Positions 1 through 11,890 of a DNA stretch of 64,000 nucleotides are shown piece after piece (within the stretch, counting starts at the first letter, position 1; each line of letters begins with the position of its first letter). The position numbers and the translations under genes are program-made. A model generated the notes under the pieces. It was given only the letters and a program-made list of their open reading frames with translations, searched no databases and had not been told where the DNA came from. The stretch is from Lama guanicoe. Lineage: Eukaryota. The stretch covers positions 372,001 to 436,000 of the forward strand of contig MU053645.1 of the NCBI GenBank assembly GCA_013239625.1, read 5' to 3'.

Positions 1-693
1 CAGGGGGAATACACACTTATTCATGAATTTCCATGTGATCTTGCTAGTGCCTACTAACTATCTGACTTATCAAACTAATCAACTAGTTATTTGTAAATTC
101 TTTTTGTGTGGACACTTCTACTTATGTCAGAATCATTATTAGGGGTAGTTAGCATATTTAAAAAGTTAAAAGACAAATAATTAGCCTGTAGACAAAAGCA
201 TAATTTACTACTTTGCCAGGTTCAAATAATAATAGCTTGATGTGCTTATACCCATAGCTATGTACATCCAGTAACAGTTAGACAAATCATTAGGGTGAGA
301 CAGGATGCATCAAAATTGATAATACCTCCATTAATTTTAGTGAATATTGGTTAATTGATAACTATCAACAGGGATATTTATAAAACCTATGGGTTAATAT
401 ATCAGGACTTAAAATCAAGACAGTAATTGACATGGATCCACTCCTATGACTGGTATGGAGAAACCAGCAAAAAATACAGGTTTCCCATGTATCAAAGAAA
501 ACTGTATTATTCAGCACTATGATATGTGGGGAAAATGATTAGTCTTCTGGTATAAATAGAGGCTTACAGTGAGGTACTTTATAATGTAGTCTCATTGAAA
601 ATACAACCTGCATTTTAAATAATAATGTTTAATACTAACTTATTGAAAGTTTTACAGGTTGACAACCATACTCTTTATCTTGGCTGATGTTGC

Positions 694-1103
694 TTAAGCT
701 TTTGGGTCTTGATTCTGCCTCTGGGAGATGTAATCATCTGTGTTGTCTGCCATAGAGATTGGGGCTACAAATTCTTTTTTTTTGCCAGGTGTGTGTGTGT
801 GGGGGGGGGGGGGGTAGGTGCTTTCTAAACACTGTGTGGTATTAACTTGCTTTACAAAAACCTTCCCTGCCCCCTCTTCCTCCAAGTCCTTGGCTTGATA
901 ATTCACTGGACTAAATTTTTTGGCAAGATTTTTGTTTTCTGTTGACTTCTGTAAAGGTTCTAATCGACTCTGATTAAGCTGATCAACAGTTACTGTGGAT
1001 TGGCTGAGACTTTGTGAGTGCAGGGAGACATATTTACTTACAGTTTTGACTTTGGTGGCTGTATTTCTGTTAATGAATCCTTTACTTTTGTTATAGTATT
1101 TCA
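694..1103 (-). other. Candidate alternative terminal exon of IL1RAPL2, in frame with exon 10
   Basis: ctcAt branch-like motif plus pyrimidine tract plus TAG at 1104-1106; phase-1 join gives 136 open codons to TAA at 694-696; ATTAAA on minus strand at 628-633. Confidence 0.35.
789..814 (+). repeat. (GT)n microsatellite followed by a G14 run
   Basis: gtgtgtgtgtgt then 14 G, read directly. Confidence 0.9.
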
Positions 1104-4100
1104 CTAGAGGGTGGACAGGGAAGCATGAGAGGGGGCGTAATCTACTGTGGAATGTTGTCCACATCTCTGAATTCTTTCTCTTCTATCTTTATCTCTTCAC
1201 TGAGAGTAAAGGCAGTAATGGAACACACTCAAAGAATATTGAAAGAAAGTGTGAAGGGTAGCAAACAAAGAGTCTATAAAATGTCCTTTCCCTCCTCTTT
1301 TCTACCTTAACCTCAATGCCCTAGAAATTTATAGGTATAACTAATTCCAATCAGTGCAATCTTGGTAAGTATGGAACAAGCCTACTTATTCCTTATATAG
1401 CCTTTTCTGTGGTTCCTTTGGTACTTAAGACAATTTTATCCTGGTCTTCTGTGTAGAAGACCTTTTTATTTTAAAGGTGCCTGTTCTTTGTGCTGCCCAA
1501 AAGGTAGATTTCCTGATTGAAATTCTACACAATGGATTCTTCCTGTACCTCAAACTTTGATGAGAAATTTCAGTCCAATGACCTCAGCACAGTGTTGGAC
1601 ATATTGGATACAGTTCCCTCTCTCTTGACTTGTAACATGAAGGGGATGGTGGGCATATCTAATTTTATTCCATGTGAGTAAATTGTAAACAATGTGTTAA
1701 ATTTCCATGGTTGTGCATATCACCCCTGCCCCACACTTTTTAGGTCACAGACATCAGATTGCCTGGAAAAAGATTTTATTACTCCCCAAGGACAATTTAC
1801 TTGAATGGTGTCCAATATGTCCAGCTATTAGAGAAACGATTGGCAATGAATAGTTACAGATCCATGTAAAAAAATGTTTTTTGCATGCTTCACTTCAGGA
1901 GTGACTAGGGATCGTCTGACACCAGATGTATTCTCCAGTCATTTGTCATTTCACTGTCAGCACAATCACATGGCTAGTGCTAAGCACTGAAAAACTGAAG
2001 ATTAGAATAGCGAGGAAAGTCTAGCAAATGCAAGAATGTAATCAGACATTACAATTTTTCCCCTTAAATTACTGAAGGAGTCCTAGGATTCTTAAGTGAG
2101 GAAACTCACTAAAATTGAATATGAAAACAAATGGAAACACCATTTGATATTTGAGGCCAAATTCATAAATATAATTTCAACAGACATGGCTGATCAAACA
2201 TATGCATCATAATATTTTTCACTCATTAGTGTCTTTCTCTGGTGCAATAATGCATGAATAACTCACATAGAGATCCTTATAATCTTCCTGTGAATAGAAG
2301 AGGAAACTGAGCTAAAAGCCTTTGAAGGACTTTTTTTTCTCTTCAATATCCACTTAGACATCTATAGATTTTTCTAAAGCTTCAGCCAGAATTAGCTCAA
2401 TTTATAATTTTTAATAAGCATCGCGTATGCACTTTAAAGCACCTCGCTTGCTTTCTCTTAAAGGCAAACAAAAGCTCCAAGATTGGGTTGTTTCTACTTT
2501 TAGTCTTGGAATGCTATTTTCTCCATCTGATCAGTGTCCCTCAGCCCAATTCTACAATCTTTTTTATTTTTATGTTTTTTAATCTCTGCAGAAACACTGA
2601 GATAAGATGGGCTCAAGAGCCTACATGGTACTCATCCAAAAATGTCCCCAATCTCAGGATCTCAACTGCACAGCTGGGTTCTGTTGGTCACATGTCAGCT
2701 TCAGAGCACATCTGTTCATTCCTAAAGGATCCACTAGGCCCCATGAACACAATGTGCTCTGTGTTGAGTACTTTACACCACAAAACCCAGCAGCTGCACG
2801 GGTGAGAAAATCTCTACTTCTCAAGTTTGTGTCTCTAGGCAGTTTGAGTAGGGTGTTTTCTATCTGGATTTCTTTTGGTTGCCTGTCACTTCTGACATTC
2901 AAACGCCTGTTGGCAACAAAGTTGCTTTTGCTATTCTACTACAGATGTTTCTAGCCTGGGGAGAGACAGACCAAACTTTTACTGGAAAGTAGGAATTCTT
3001 GCCACATTCAGGCACTAAACCTGAGAAAACATAAGGAAGATCCTGGCCACAGGCTCAAGAATGGAAAGGTAGGTCACTGCCAGGAAAATAATGTCCAGAT
3101 CTGAAGACTTTTAGTTTTAGCGTTTAGGAAAACGCTGTGTCAAATCTTCCCATCTGTGCTGGTTCGTGATGGCCAAAGGACTCTTCCCTAGTAGGGCATA
3201 TAAGAAGGGTATAGACACCTCCACCTCACCTTGGAAAGTTACATGTTTATACTGAAGCTTTTTAAGAACTCATGGTCATATGAGAGAGAGAGAGAGGAGG
3301 GGAGACCCATTCATGTACTTTTGAAACTGTATGCATTGGAAAGATTTGTGTGTTGATGAGGTTGAGTTGGAATACCATTAGAGTGGTGCAAAAGAAACTG
3401 AAGATACATCAAAAGTAAAGGCATTAAACATGAATCGGTTTGTGTCATGGACTTCATTAGTTTGATTCATAGAAAATTATTGTTGTAGATCAAGAATGAT
3501 GTTATGAAGTCTGCTTTTACAATCCTCAAAGGCCTCATTGCTAGTTTTTAGAGGAAGGAGTAGTCTTGGGTCAACATGTTTTAAATGAGATGTGAGGGAC
3601 AAACACAGCTTATAATATTGTAACTAGTCTCCCCCCACCCCGCAGGAATGTGTCTATATTTATATAGCATAACCTGTAAAATCTGTACCAATGGCTGCAA
3701 ATACAGACCACAGAAGCTTCTTTAATAACACACATACACCAAGTCCAAAATGTTCTACTCTGTCATTCATGTGTAAATCAAGTATATTATTCATATACTT
3801 CATCGACTTCCTGAATGCGTGCTAAAAATGCCAAGGAAAAACTCGTTAATCGTGACATGGTGACTGCTCAGCCAGCTCTGAAATGTTGATGGAAAAGAAA
3901 AATTGTCAAAGGGCCTTTTTAAGAACTTCTGCAGGTTACACTCGCAAATCGGAATTCAGAGAACATGAATTTCCTCGTTCAGGAAGGAAGGATTAAAATC
4001 AAACACCCTCCAGTGGTTGCATCTAAAAACTGCATAGTTGTCCCAAATGGTTTACTTATGAAAAGAGTCTTCCCGTGCACCATTAATTACCCAGGATTCA

Positions 4101-5048
4101 AGTTCCTGCTCAGGCTAATTGTTGTATAATCTCAAAAAATTAAAGTGATCTTCTATGGACTATAAAATCTCTGTTCATCCTGGGTATTTTTATAAGTCCT
4201 CTAAATGCCAAGATGTACTAGGTGACAACCTCCTATCATCTCTTATGTGGTATGTGCAGTCCTCAACTAGGAAATATGACTTGTATAAGCCTCACACCCG
4301 TTCAGGAAGACATTCAGACCTGTCTATGACACACCAAAAACAATTAATTGATTTCAATAATCTAGCCAATCAACTAGCTGACTCAGTGAGGTGTAAAATA
4401 TTCTACCACCTGTTTGGCTAAATTGACACAGCAGGTTGATTCAGTTGACCTGTAAAGCCATCAAAATCTAAGAGCACTAAAAGAACACAATTCAGGGGTG
4501 CACTGCTCTCACTCTTATGCTCTCTGGGTCTCACTTGCACTCATGAACAATAGCTGTTTCTTTATACAATCAGCAAGTGTCATCTACTGGGTCTCAGGTA
4601 AAGTGGCTCGTCTGTGTTCCATATTGTCCCTATTTCCCTTTCTGATGTGCACAATGTGGAAGCATTGTTTTCCAGTCTAGAAGAAGGATAATAAACGTTG
4701 ACATGGTCAGACATGAAGATTGACATTTTTCAGTCACTTGGTGGTATTGACAAATACTGTCCATTTTCTGGTGCCAACAATTTTGGAATGCAAGAAGGCA
4801 GAACTTGAATCCACATTAAATCCTACTGAAGAGGACTTGACATAGAATATAAATTCCACTTTGGTGATGATATTGCTTTAATACAATTTAGGATTGTATC
4901 ACTCTAAAGATTGATTTTGCCGAATCTCAACATTTAAGAAAATGCTCTTGGCAAAAATGCAAAAAAAAAAAAACCCATTGGAATTTAATGAATTAAGCCA
5001 AAAAATAGTAAAGGGGTAGGTTTTTTTCAGAAAATAGTTTTAGGATTT

Positions 5049-5276
5049 TTCAAAATTAAAGTATAGTTGATTTACATTATTGTGTTAGTTTCAAGGGTAC
5101 AAGAAAGTAATTCAGTAATACATATATACATGTACTTTTTCAGATTCTCTTCCATTATAGGTTATTATAGGATTTTTAGTATAGTTCACTATGCTATATA
5201 GTAGGTCCTTGTTAGTTATCTATTTTATATATAGTCATGTATGTATGTTAATCCCAAACTCCTAATTTATCCCTCT
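5049..5276 (-). mobile_element. L1 3'-end fragment, artiodactyl type
   Basis: aagtatagttgatttac...ttttcagattctcttccattataggttatt...gtaggtccttg...gttaatcccaaactcctaatttatccct resembles the reverse complement of artiodactyl L1 3' UTRs. Confidence 0.8.
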
Positions 5277-5529
5277 GCAAAGTGGTGTTTTTAATATTTC
5301 ATTAATGATTGATCAACCTCTTGTAGATATTCTTTCTAGTATCTGAAAAGAAAGCAATATACTTATTAGGGTTGAGAATATTTCTATGAATTACTTTTTT
5401 TCTTTCAGTGAAAATCTTTTTAGCTTTCACATTCACTCTGTTAAAAATGTCTTTCAGATACTGTCATGCAAAAGTTAAAACTCTTACTTATTTCATTCTT
5501 GTTATTTCCTCTTGTCTTAAACCAACACT

Positions 5530-6310
5530 ATTCGAGCAAAATCAACAAGCACCTAAGAAGTACCAATGAGGTCAAGTATTCTGCTAGATGTTAACAGGGG
5601 TATGATGAATGAGAGACAGTCCTTGCCTTCATGGAGCTTACAATCTTGCTGAAAAGATAAGACATAAATAGATGGAAAGCTACATAAAATAACAAGATAA
5701 TACAAAATATCACATAGGAGTACAAAATTTATAGTCAAACAAGTGATTATAAGCCATGTACTCTAGGGCTAGAGAAATTATTAATGGACTTTTCACAGAG
5801 ACAATGATATGGAGAGGATAAAGAGGATTTGTAAAGGTATAGAGGACTAACATTAACAAAAGCATCACAGGGACACACAATGTACATTAAAGGCACAGTT
5901 TGGCTAGAGTAGAAGGTATGAGTAGGGGAAATGGTAGGAGACAAGTTTAGGAGATAAACCTGAGCTGGCACTGGAATGCACAAGTGTTTAGCTAAGGGTT
6001 ACGGATTTTATCATACAAGAAATGATGAGCAATTTAAGGTTGTTGAACAGGGGAGAGACATGATCAAGGAGATATATATATTAGTGGGATTAGATGGATG
6101 GGAGGAAAAATAGGGAAGGCAGAGAGTGATCGACATTCAGGAATGAGGTGATTGGGGTCTATACTGGGATGGTAGAAATGATAATAGAAAAGATGCAGTG
6201 GACACTGGATTTGAGAGAGATACAAAAGAATAAAAAATGATTCTGAGGTATTAGCATGTTCCTTGGAACTCAAACAAAGTAGAAATGGTATTTCAAGACA
6301 TGAAAATGAA
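5530..6310 (-). mobile_element. L2 fragment
   Basis: gagacagtccttgccttcatggagcttacaatct followed by purine-rich L2-like body. Confidence 0.65.
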
Positions 6311-6589
6311 GGAAATTACAGGAAGAAAAGGGGAGAGGATATTGGGAAGAAATTTGGGGAATTCTTACATTTGTTGTGCAGGAAAGTAATGAAGCAGTAA
6401 ATATTGTCTTTGTTTCTTTCTATGCATGTGTAATTGTGTATCCTCACATGCACACCCAAACATATACAGAAACATATGCACTCTAAGAAAAGAGATGAAC
6501 AACCAAACTTGGTTGTTTCAGTTTGTCTCCTGCCATCTTAGTAGACTGCTGACAATCTGAATAAATGTTATTGAGGATTAATGGGATCT

Positions 6590-6770
6590 AGTGGAGTGAG
6601 GACCAGAGTCAAACAGACCTAGGTTCTAATCCCACCTCTACCATTTGCCAGCTGACTGGTCTTAGACATTTTTCAGGCCTTATTTCATCTGTAGGATGAG
6701 GCTAATAGTACCTGCTCTCTCCACAAAGGGTTATTGTAAAGATAAAATGAAAAAATGTATGTGAAAATAT
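6590..6770 (+). mobile_element. MIR SINE
   Basis: agagtcaaacagacctaggttctaatcccacctctacc...tcatctgtaggatgaggctaatagtacct...gggttattgtaaagataaaatga. Confidence 0.75.
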
Positions 6771-7625
6771 TTTATATACTGTGAAGTACTGAAAATATAA
6801 GATTTTTAACGTTGTTATCCCATATGTATAAATTGCCATATTCTGAGTTTTGGTCACAGTTTAATCTCCCCCTCTCGAGGATATTAACATAGACACATGT
6901 GCAAACTAATTCTAATGCTTTATTTTCCCTCAATGTCATTTCAAGCTCTTTGAGGGCAGGGACCATATCTTCTGTATTCACCTTACACTTTATCGTGTAC
7001 AGCACTCTGAACATTAACAGGAAAAAGACATGTATTTTTACTTGAACCTCAATTTATTCTGAAAGCTCAAATACAGCTTTCAATCCGTAGCATAATTTAA
7101 AAATATCATTCAAACCCATGTAGTCCAGAACTTCTTAAAAATAATTTAAATACACAGGGAAGGTGCCATATCCAATGGCCTCACATACATTTTAAGTGGA
7201 TTTTTCTATAAATCTGAAAATGAATATCAAGGCATAAATTCAGAGTTATTAGTAACGATGACTGTAGGTGTAAGTAGAAGCACAATGACAGAAGACCAGC
7301 TTTGGAACTGAAATGCATTGAAAAGACTTTAACTGGCTTATGCAGATTTTTTTTAAGGATCATCACTTTCTCGGAACACTAGACAATATAATAAAAAATA
7401 CCATTAAGGCACACTTTTTAAACCATGCCTAAAATATAAGTGAGAATGCCTTTAAAAAAATTTGGATGCTAGAAAGTCAGAACACAGGCATTGGGGAGAA
7501 ATTTAAATTTAATAAAATCTCTGGTGAGAAAAACTATCTAAATACTTGGCTCTGACATTTGAAGTCTCCTTATAACTTCCTAAATGAAACCAAACTTTTA
7601 AAATACAAAATTTGAAAGTACTTAC

Positions 7626-7796
7626 TTCCACTTGGAATCAAGTCCCTTTCTGGAATGAAGAGTTTATATCCATAATGTTTTTCCAGAACATCTGGCAGTA
7701 TTTCAAGAGCAAACTGCTCTTCTTCAGGGTTGTCACAGTCTAAAGTATCTTGGTCCACTTTTGTGTAAGAGAGATAGGCATCATATTCCTTGTTGT
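7626..7796 (-). CDS. IL1RAPL2: IL1RAPL2 coding exon (exon 10), start of TIR domain
   Basis: 171 nt; acceptor ttgttctttgtatctaag| (AAG type), donor |gtaagt; encodes [57 protein letters not shown] with TIR box 1 (YDAYLSY) and box 2 ([15 protein letters not shown]); phase 1-1. Confidence 0.96.
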
Positions 7797-7850
7797 CTTA
7801 GATACAAAGAACAACAAAAGGGTTGTATGTATTATTAGCATGTTCTCTTT

Positions 7851-8150
7851 ATTCTTTCAAACTTTTTTTATTGAGTGATAGTCATTTTACAATGTTGTAT
7901 CAAATTCCAGTGTAGAGCACAATTTTTCAGTTATACGTGAATATACGTATATTCATTGTCACACTTTTTTTTTGCTGTGAGCTACCAAAGATCCTGCATA
8001 TATTTCCCTGTGCTATACAGTATAATCTTGTTTCTCTATTCTACATATGCCTGTTAGTATCTACAAGTTTTGAAATCCTAGTCTTTCCCTTCCCACTCCC
8101 TTCCCCCTTGGCAACCACAAGTTTGTATTCTATGTCTATGAGTCTGTTTC
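7851..8150 (-). mobile_element. 5'-truncated young L1 (camelid-type 3' end) with TSD
   Basis: T-rich tail then ttattgagtgatagtcattttacaatgttgtatcaaattccagtgtagagcac...; flanked by TAGCA(T/G)GTTCTCTTT at 7836-7850 and 8151-8165. Confidence 0.85.
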
Positions 8151-8888
8151 TAGCAGGTTCTCTTTAAATTCTAAATGTCTGTAATCATTAACAGGCTGGA
8201 ATAAGCACTGTAATTAGTGGCTGTCATTAATAATTGGAAAAAAAGTCACATGCAGTGTTATAGGAAACCTAGTACATTTCAACATAACCTAGCTATAGTC
8301 ATATGATATGACCTGGGCAACCTATAGTGAGGACAGAATAAAAGAATTATTATTTGTGACTTTTGGTGTGAATGATTAGCTCAGTGTGTTTGAATGCAGG
8401 ACTAAATAGACCAAAGTCATGGATTTGAACTCTTTCAGTGCCAGTTGGCTTGGCTCTATGACTTGGTCACAGACTATACCTTGTTTGGACAAATATGTGT
8501 AAGAGATCCAAGAAGGGCTGGGCCCTAGAGTGTGGAATATCGAAATAATCCAGCCTCACTCCTGGAGACACTACTTGCAGCACATGCCATATTTCCAGTT
8601 GGTTAGTGTCGTCATCCTCATATACAAAATGCAGTTCATTACCAAATATTAGAGACAGCAGCTGTGTTTTATACAAGTGCATTGCCTGTTATTCTTGTTC
8701 AATCCATGGCCAACTAATTTGACACAAGCTTCCAAAAGAAGCCTTTGTTTCAAAATATACATCCTTCCAGTATTGCCAAATTCGGCTTTCCCTTCACACA
8801 TTTAGTCAGAGAGTTAACTGTGCTTTGAGAATGTATTTTTTTCCTCTTTTGCTGTATTGGCTCAGAGCCAGTCTCTCCAAAGAGAAAA

Positions 8889-8921
8889 TGTGTGTGTGTG
8901 TGTGCGTGTGTGTGTGTGTGT
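8889..8921 (+). repeat. (TG)n microsatellite
   Basis: tgtgtg array with one CG interruption. Confidence 0.95.
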
Positions 8922-9773
8922 AGTTTTTTTTCTGAAAATATTAATGAATACAGCTTCTCAAGGTATTAGTCCCCACTGGCTTTAGAAGGGACATACTGCA
9001 AAAGTTATAGTGGTTTTCAAAATTTTTTATTTATAGAAAAACTATTTTTAAAAGTTAATGTGAGCATAGATTCATATTGCACAATTGATATTTATTAAAC
9101 CTAGTTAATTGCAAATAATACTTCTAAAAGAGCAGCAAATTTTTCAGGATTTGTTTCTAAAACACAAAAATACTGTCTATTAAAACAGGCCTGATGAAAA
9201 TAAAGCTAAAACCTGACCGAAAGGTAATTTACAGAAGGAAGCAGCCACTCACTTGTCCAAACCATTAATGATTTGGTTCTACTTGCTAAAGGATGAATAC
9301 ATGATAGGCATATAAAGATATATAAATACCCTATGGTAGGAGTACTTGGGACCCCCGGCCTATCTAGAGAAATCCGAGGCAGAAGCATATTGTTCCAGTT
9401 CCGGTAAGATTTCATACTCTACTACCCCAACATGAAGCGAATTCTGGTTACTTATGTTAAGATGGTGTCTGAATCCAGGAGGCTTCTCTTTAGCCTGTTC
9501 TCTGGCTGGAAAGGGCTTCTGTAAACCTTGGTTGGGTTACTTGATTGCCTAGAAGCAGATGCACATGAAGGACTGCCCCGACAGTTGAGATCATTTGGCT
9601 TACAAATGGGGCACATTCCACTGTTATGCATAAAACGCCACTTGGAAATGAGAATGTTCATAAGCAACACTAATGTAAGAACCTCCTGGTAATCCTAGCA
9701 CCTCTGCCCCTGTTCCAATCAAGCTCAGGATGCACCTGCAGGCCCTTGACTTTCTCCAGCTATAATTACTCAC

Positions 9774-9803
9774 CTGGGACTTAAAGCTGCCGATGATACA
9801 CAG
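9774..9803 (-). other. Candidate 30-nt cassette microexon in the intron between exons 9 and 10
   Basis: cctttggcctctttcattcttccag|CTGTGTATCATCGGCAGCTTTAAGTCCCAG|gtgagt; both splice sites are near consensus. Confidence 0.4.
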
Positions 9804-11890
9804 CTGGAAGAATGAAAGAGGCCAAAGGACAAACAGCTCCATTTCTATGAGTAGAATGTATTTCATTGTTCTTGATGGATGGTGTTGCCGCCCCAAACTC
9901 CATAATGTCAGACTCGACCCCAGTTTCCTCTGATTTTGATAACTCTCCTATCTCAAAAGCCCTTCTAAATTCAATTACTTATTAACTCATTCAACAGTGA
10001 TTTGTTGAGTATCTACTCTGAGCTAGCCATCTGCAATGACTAACTGACTCTTTCGTCCATCTGACCAGGCCTTCTAGACTCTTGCCCATTGCTTGTCCTG
10101 ACTATGACTATTTGCCCTTCAACCATGCCTAATCTCACATATTCTTGGTCACATCCTTACTTGCTTCGCCTATACCCTAATAGAGGTGGTGCTACAAAGA
10201 CTTTCTTTAAGAAAAATATTGCTATATTTACATATTCCAAATCAAGTTATGACAAAGAACATAGATGTCTTTGATACGTGTTAACACCCAACACGTCTGG
10301 ATAATAAATTGTATGTAACATTCTAGAAGCACATCATTCTTTGTAAAATAATTGATTCTGGTTTCAGTCATTTCTCTTTAAGATGAATTAAAGGTGAAGA
10401 GCTTGTGGTAGCTGGCCAGAGCAGGAAGAGAGCTCTCAAAGTCACCATGTCAGATGTCCCAGAAGGTCTAGGATGCCAGCTAGTGAGCAAGCAATGATGC
10501 CACAGTTTAAAAAAAATGTACTTCAGCCCTATGGAGACAGCCAGGAAAATCTCATGAATAACCACAGCTGTTGCTCACAAAGAGGAGCAAGACGGATAGA
10601 GCAACATCAACAACATGATGCAAATAAGGTCAACAGCAAGTCCTGAAAATTGTTTTAAAACCAAATGGCAATTCAGCAACACCACTTTGCTAGGCAAGGC
10701 TAATGAACCTTCTGTGTTAAATCATGCTAAGCCCATCTGAGGAACCGGAAAACAGAGCACAACGCAGACGGCGCATTATAAGGAAGAAGGCTCGCACAGT
10801 GGTTGCCATAGGTATGCTGCTTCCAGTGAAGAGAGAAGTTATAAGGAAGGGAACCAAACTCTCTGTGTAAGAATTTTCCTGTTACCACACTGTCCATCTC
10901 TTTTTAAAATCTCATTTTAATCCCATTCACCATCAAGGAGCCATTCCTGTTTACAACCCAGTTCTTCTGGGGCTATGCTAAACACAATGATAAACCTTAG
11001 CTGCTGAAGTGCAAAGACTGTGTAACTTTGTTAATTATTACGTCCTCAATGCCTACTATAGTACCAGTGTGTGTGCGTATGTTTGCGTGTGTGCATAGCG
11101 TTGACCCAGATGAAAAATGTAAGTAAATACATCTTTCATAGTGCTTGGCACATAGTGGACACTTAATAAGTATTTAATGACTATATAGTTCAAAGGTCAA
11201 ATAATCATTGGTGAATTGAAATGAAATGAATTATATTAAAAATGGTTAAGAAGTCAAGGTTTATTTGATAGATATTATTTTATAAAAACTATGACATTTT
11301 GTAAGAACTTTCAGGAAATGCTACTGTAGATTTGAATCAACAGAAAACATGAACAAAATGTGTATGGGTAAAACTAAGGTGTGTCTATGAGATGTCAAAT
11401 ATTTAAATAAAGAAATAAAAAATTTGGTAGGTTATCTAGCTGACATTTGGCATCATGAAACTGGATATTTCTAAAAGGGGCTTTAATATTCATTTATTCA
11501 TTCTCATTACATACCCGCTGACTTTTTAGTATTCCATTCAGCTAGTACAGAGATTGTATATTTGAGGTCCAAGTTTCCACGTAGGAATATAAAATATTTT
11601 AACTTTCCTTCCTGATGAAAACCCTTGAAACCCACCCCCATATTACATTTTTTCCCCTAAAACAATTGGCTTGGAATCATTACACAATTCTCTAATCAAA
11701 ATGCTCTAGCTTACTTCTTATCTTTGGCCACATGGGCCATATTGCACATATAAGTGCAAAATGGAACACTGGATCCCTGAAATATCCTATGATATGAATA
11801 TGAGTATTTAATCTTACAAATATGTATTACAACTGATCAGTTAGTCTAGATTATTGGATATGGGTGATGAAACTAATTATTTCAGATTAG

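Noticed and set aside
694..1164. 156-aa ORF as a stand-alone gene starting at ATG 1164
   Set aside because: No promoter evidence or recognisable family; its first 20 codons read like a branch point and pyrimidine tract.
1165..1230. Second good acceptor (ttactgcctttactctcag|, CAG 1200-1202) in the same frame as the 156-aa ORF
   Set aside because: The phase-1 join gives MKR* at once (TAA 1189-1191, then TAG), so it cannot extend the ORF; the acceptor at 1104-1106 was preferred.
9452..9896. Two overlapping minus-strand ORFs around the microexon candidate
   Set aside because: No recognisable homology, and I found no acceptor that links them in frame to IL1RAPL2.
10802..10815. Full RFX X-box
   Set aside because: Only the GTTGCC half matches; the second half reads AGGTAT instead of RGYAAC.
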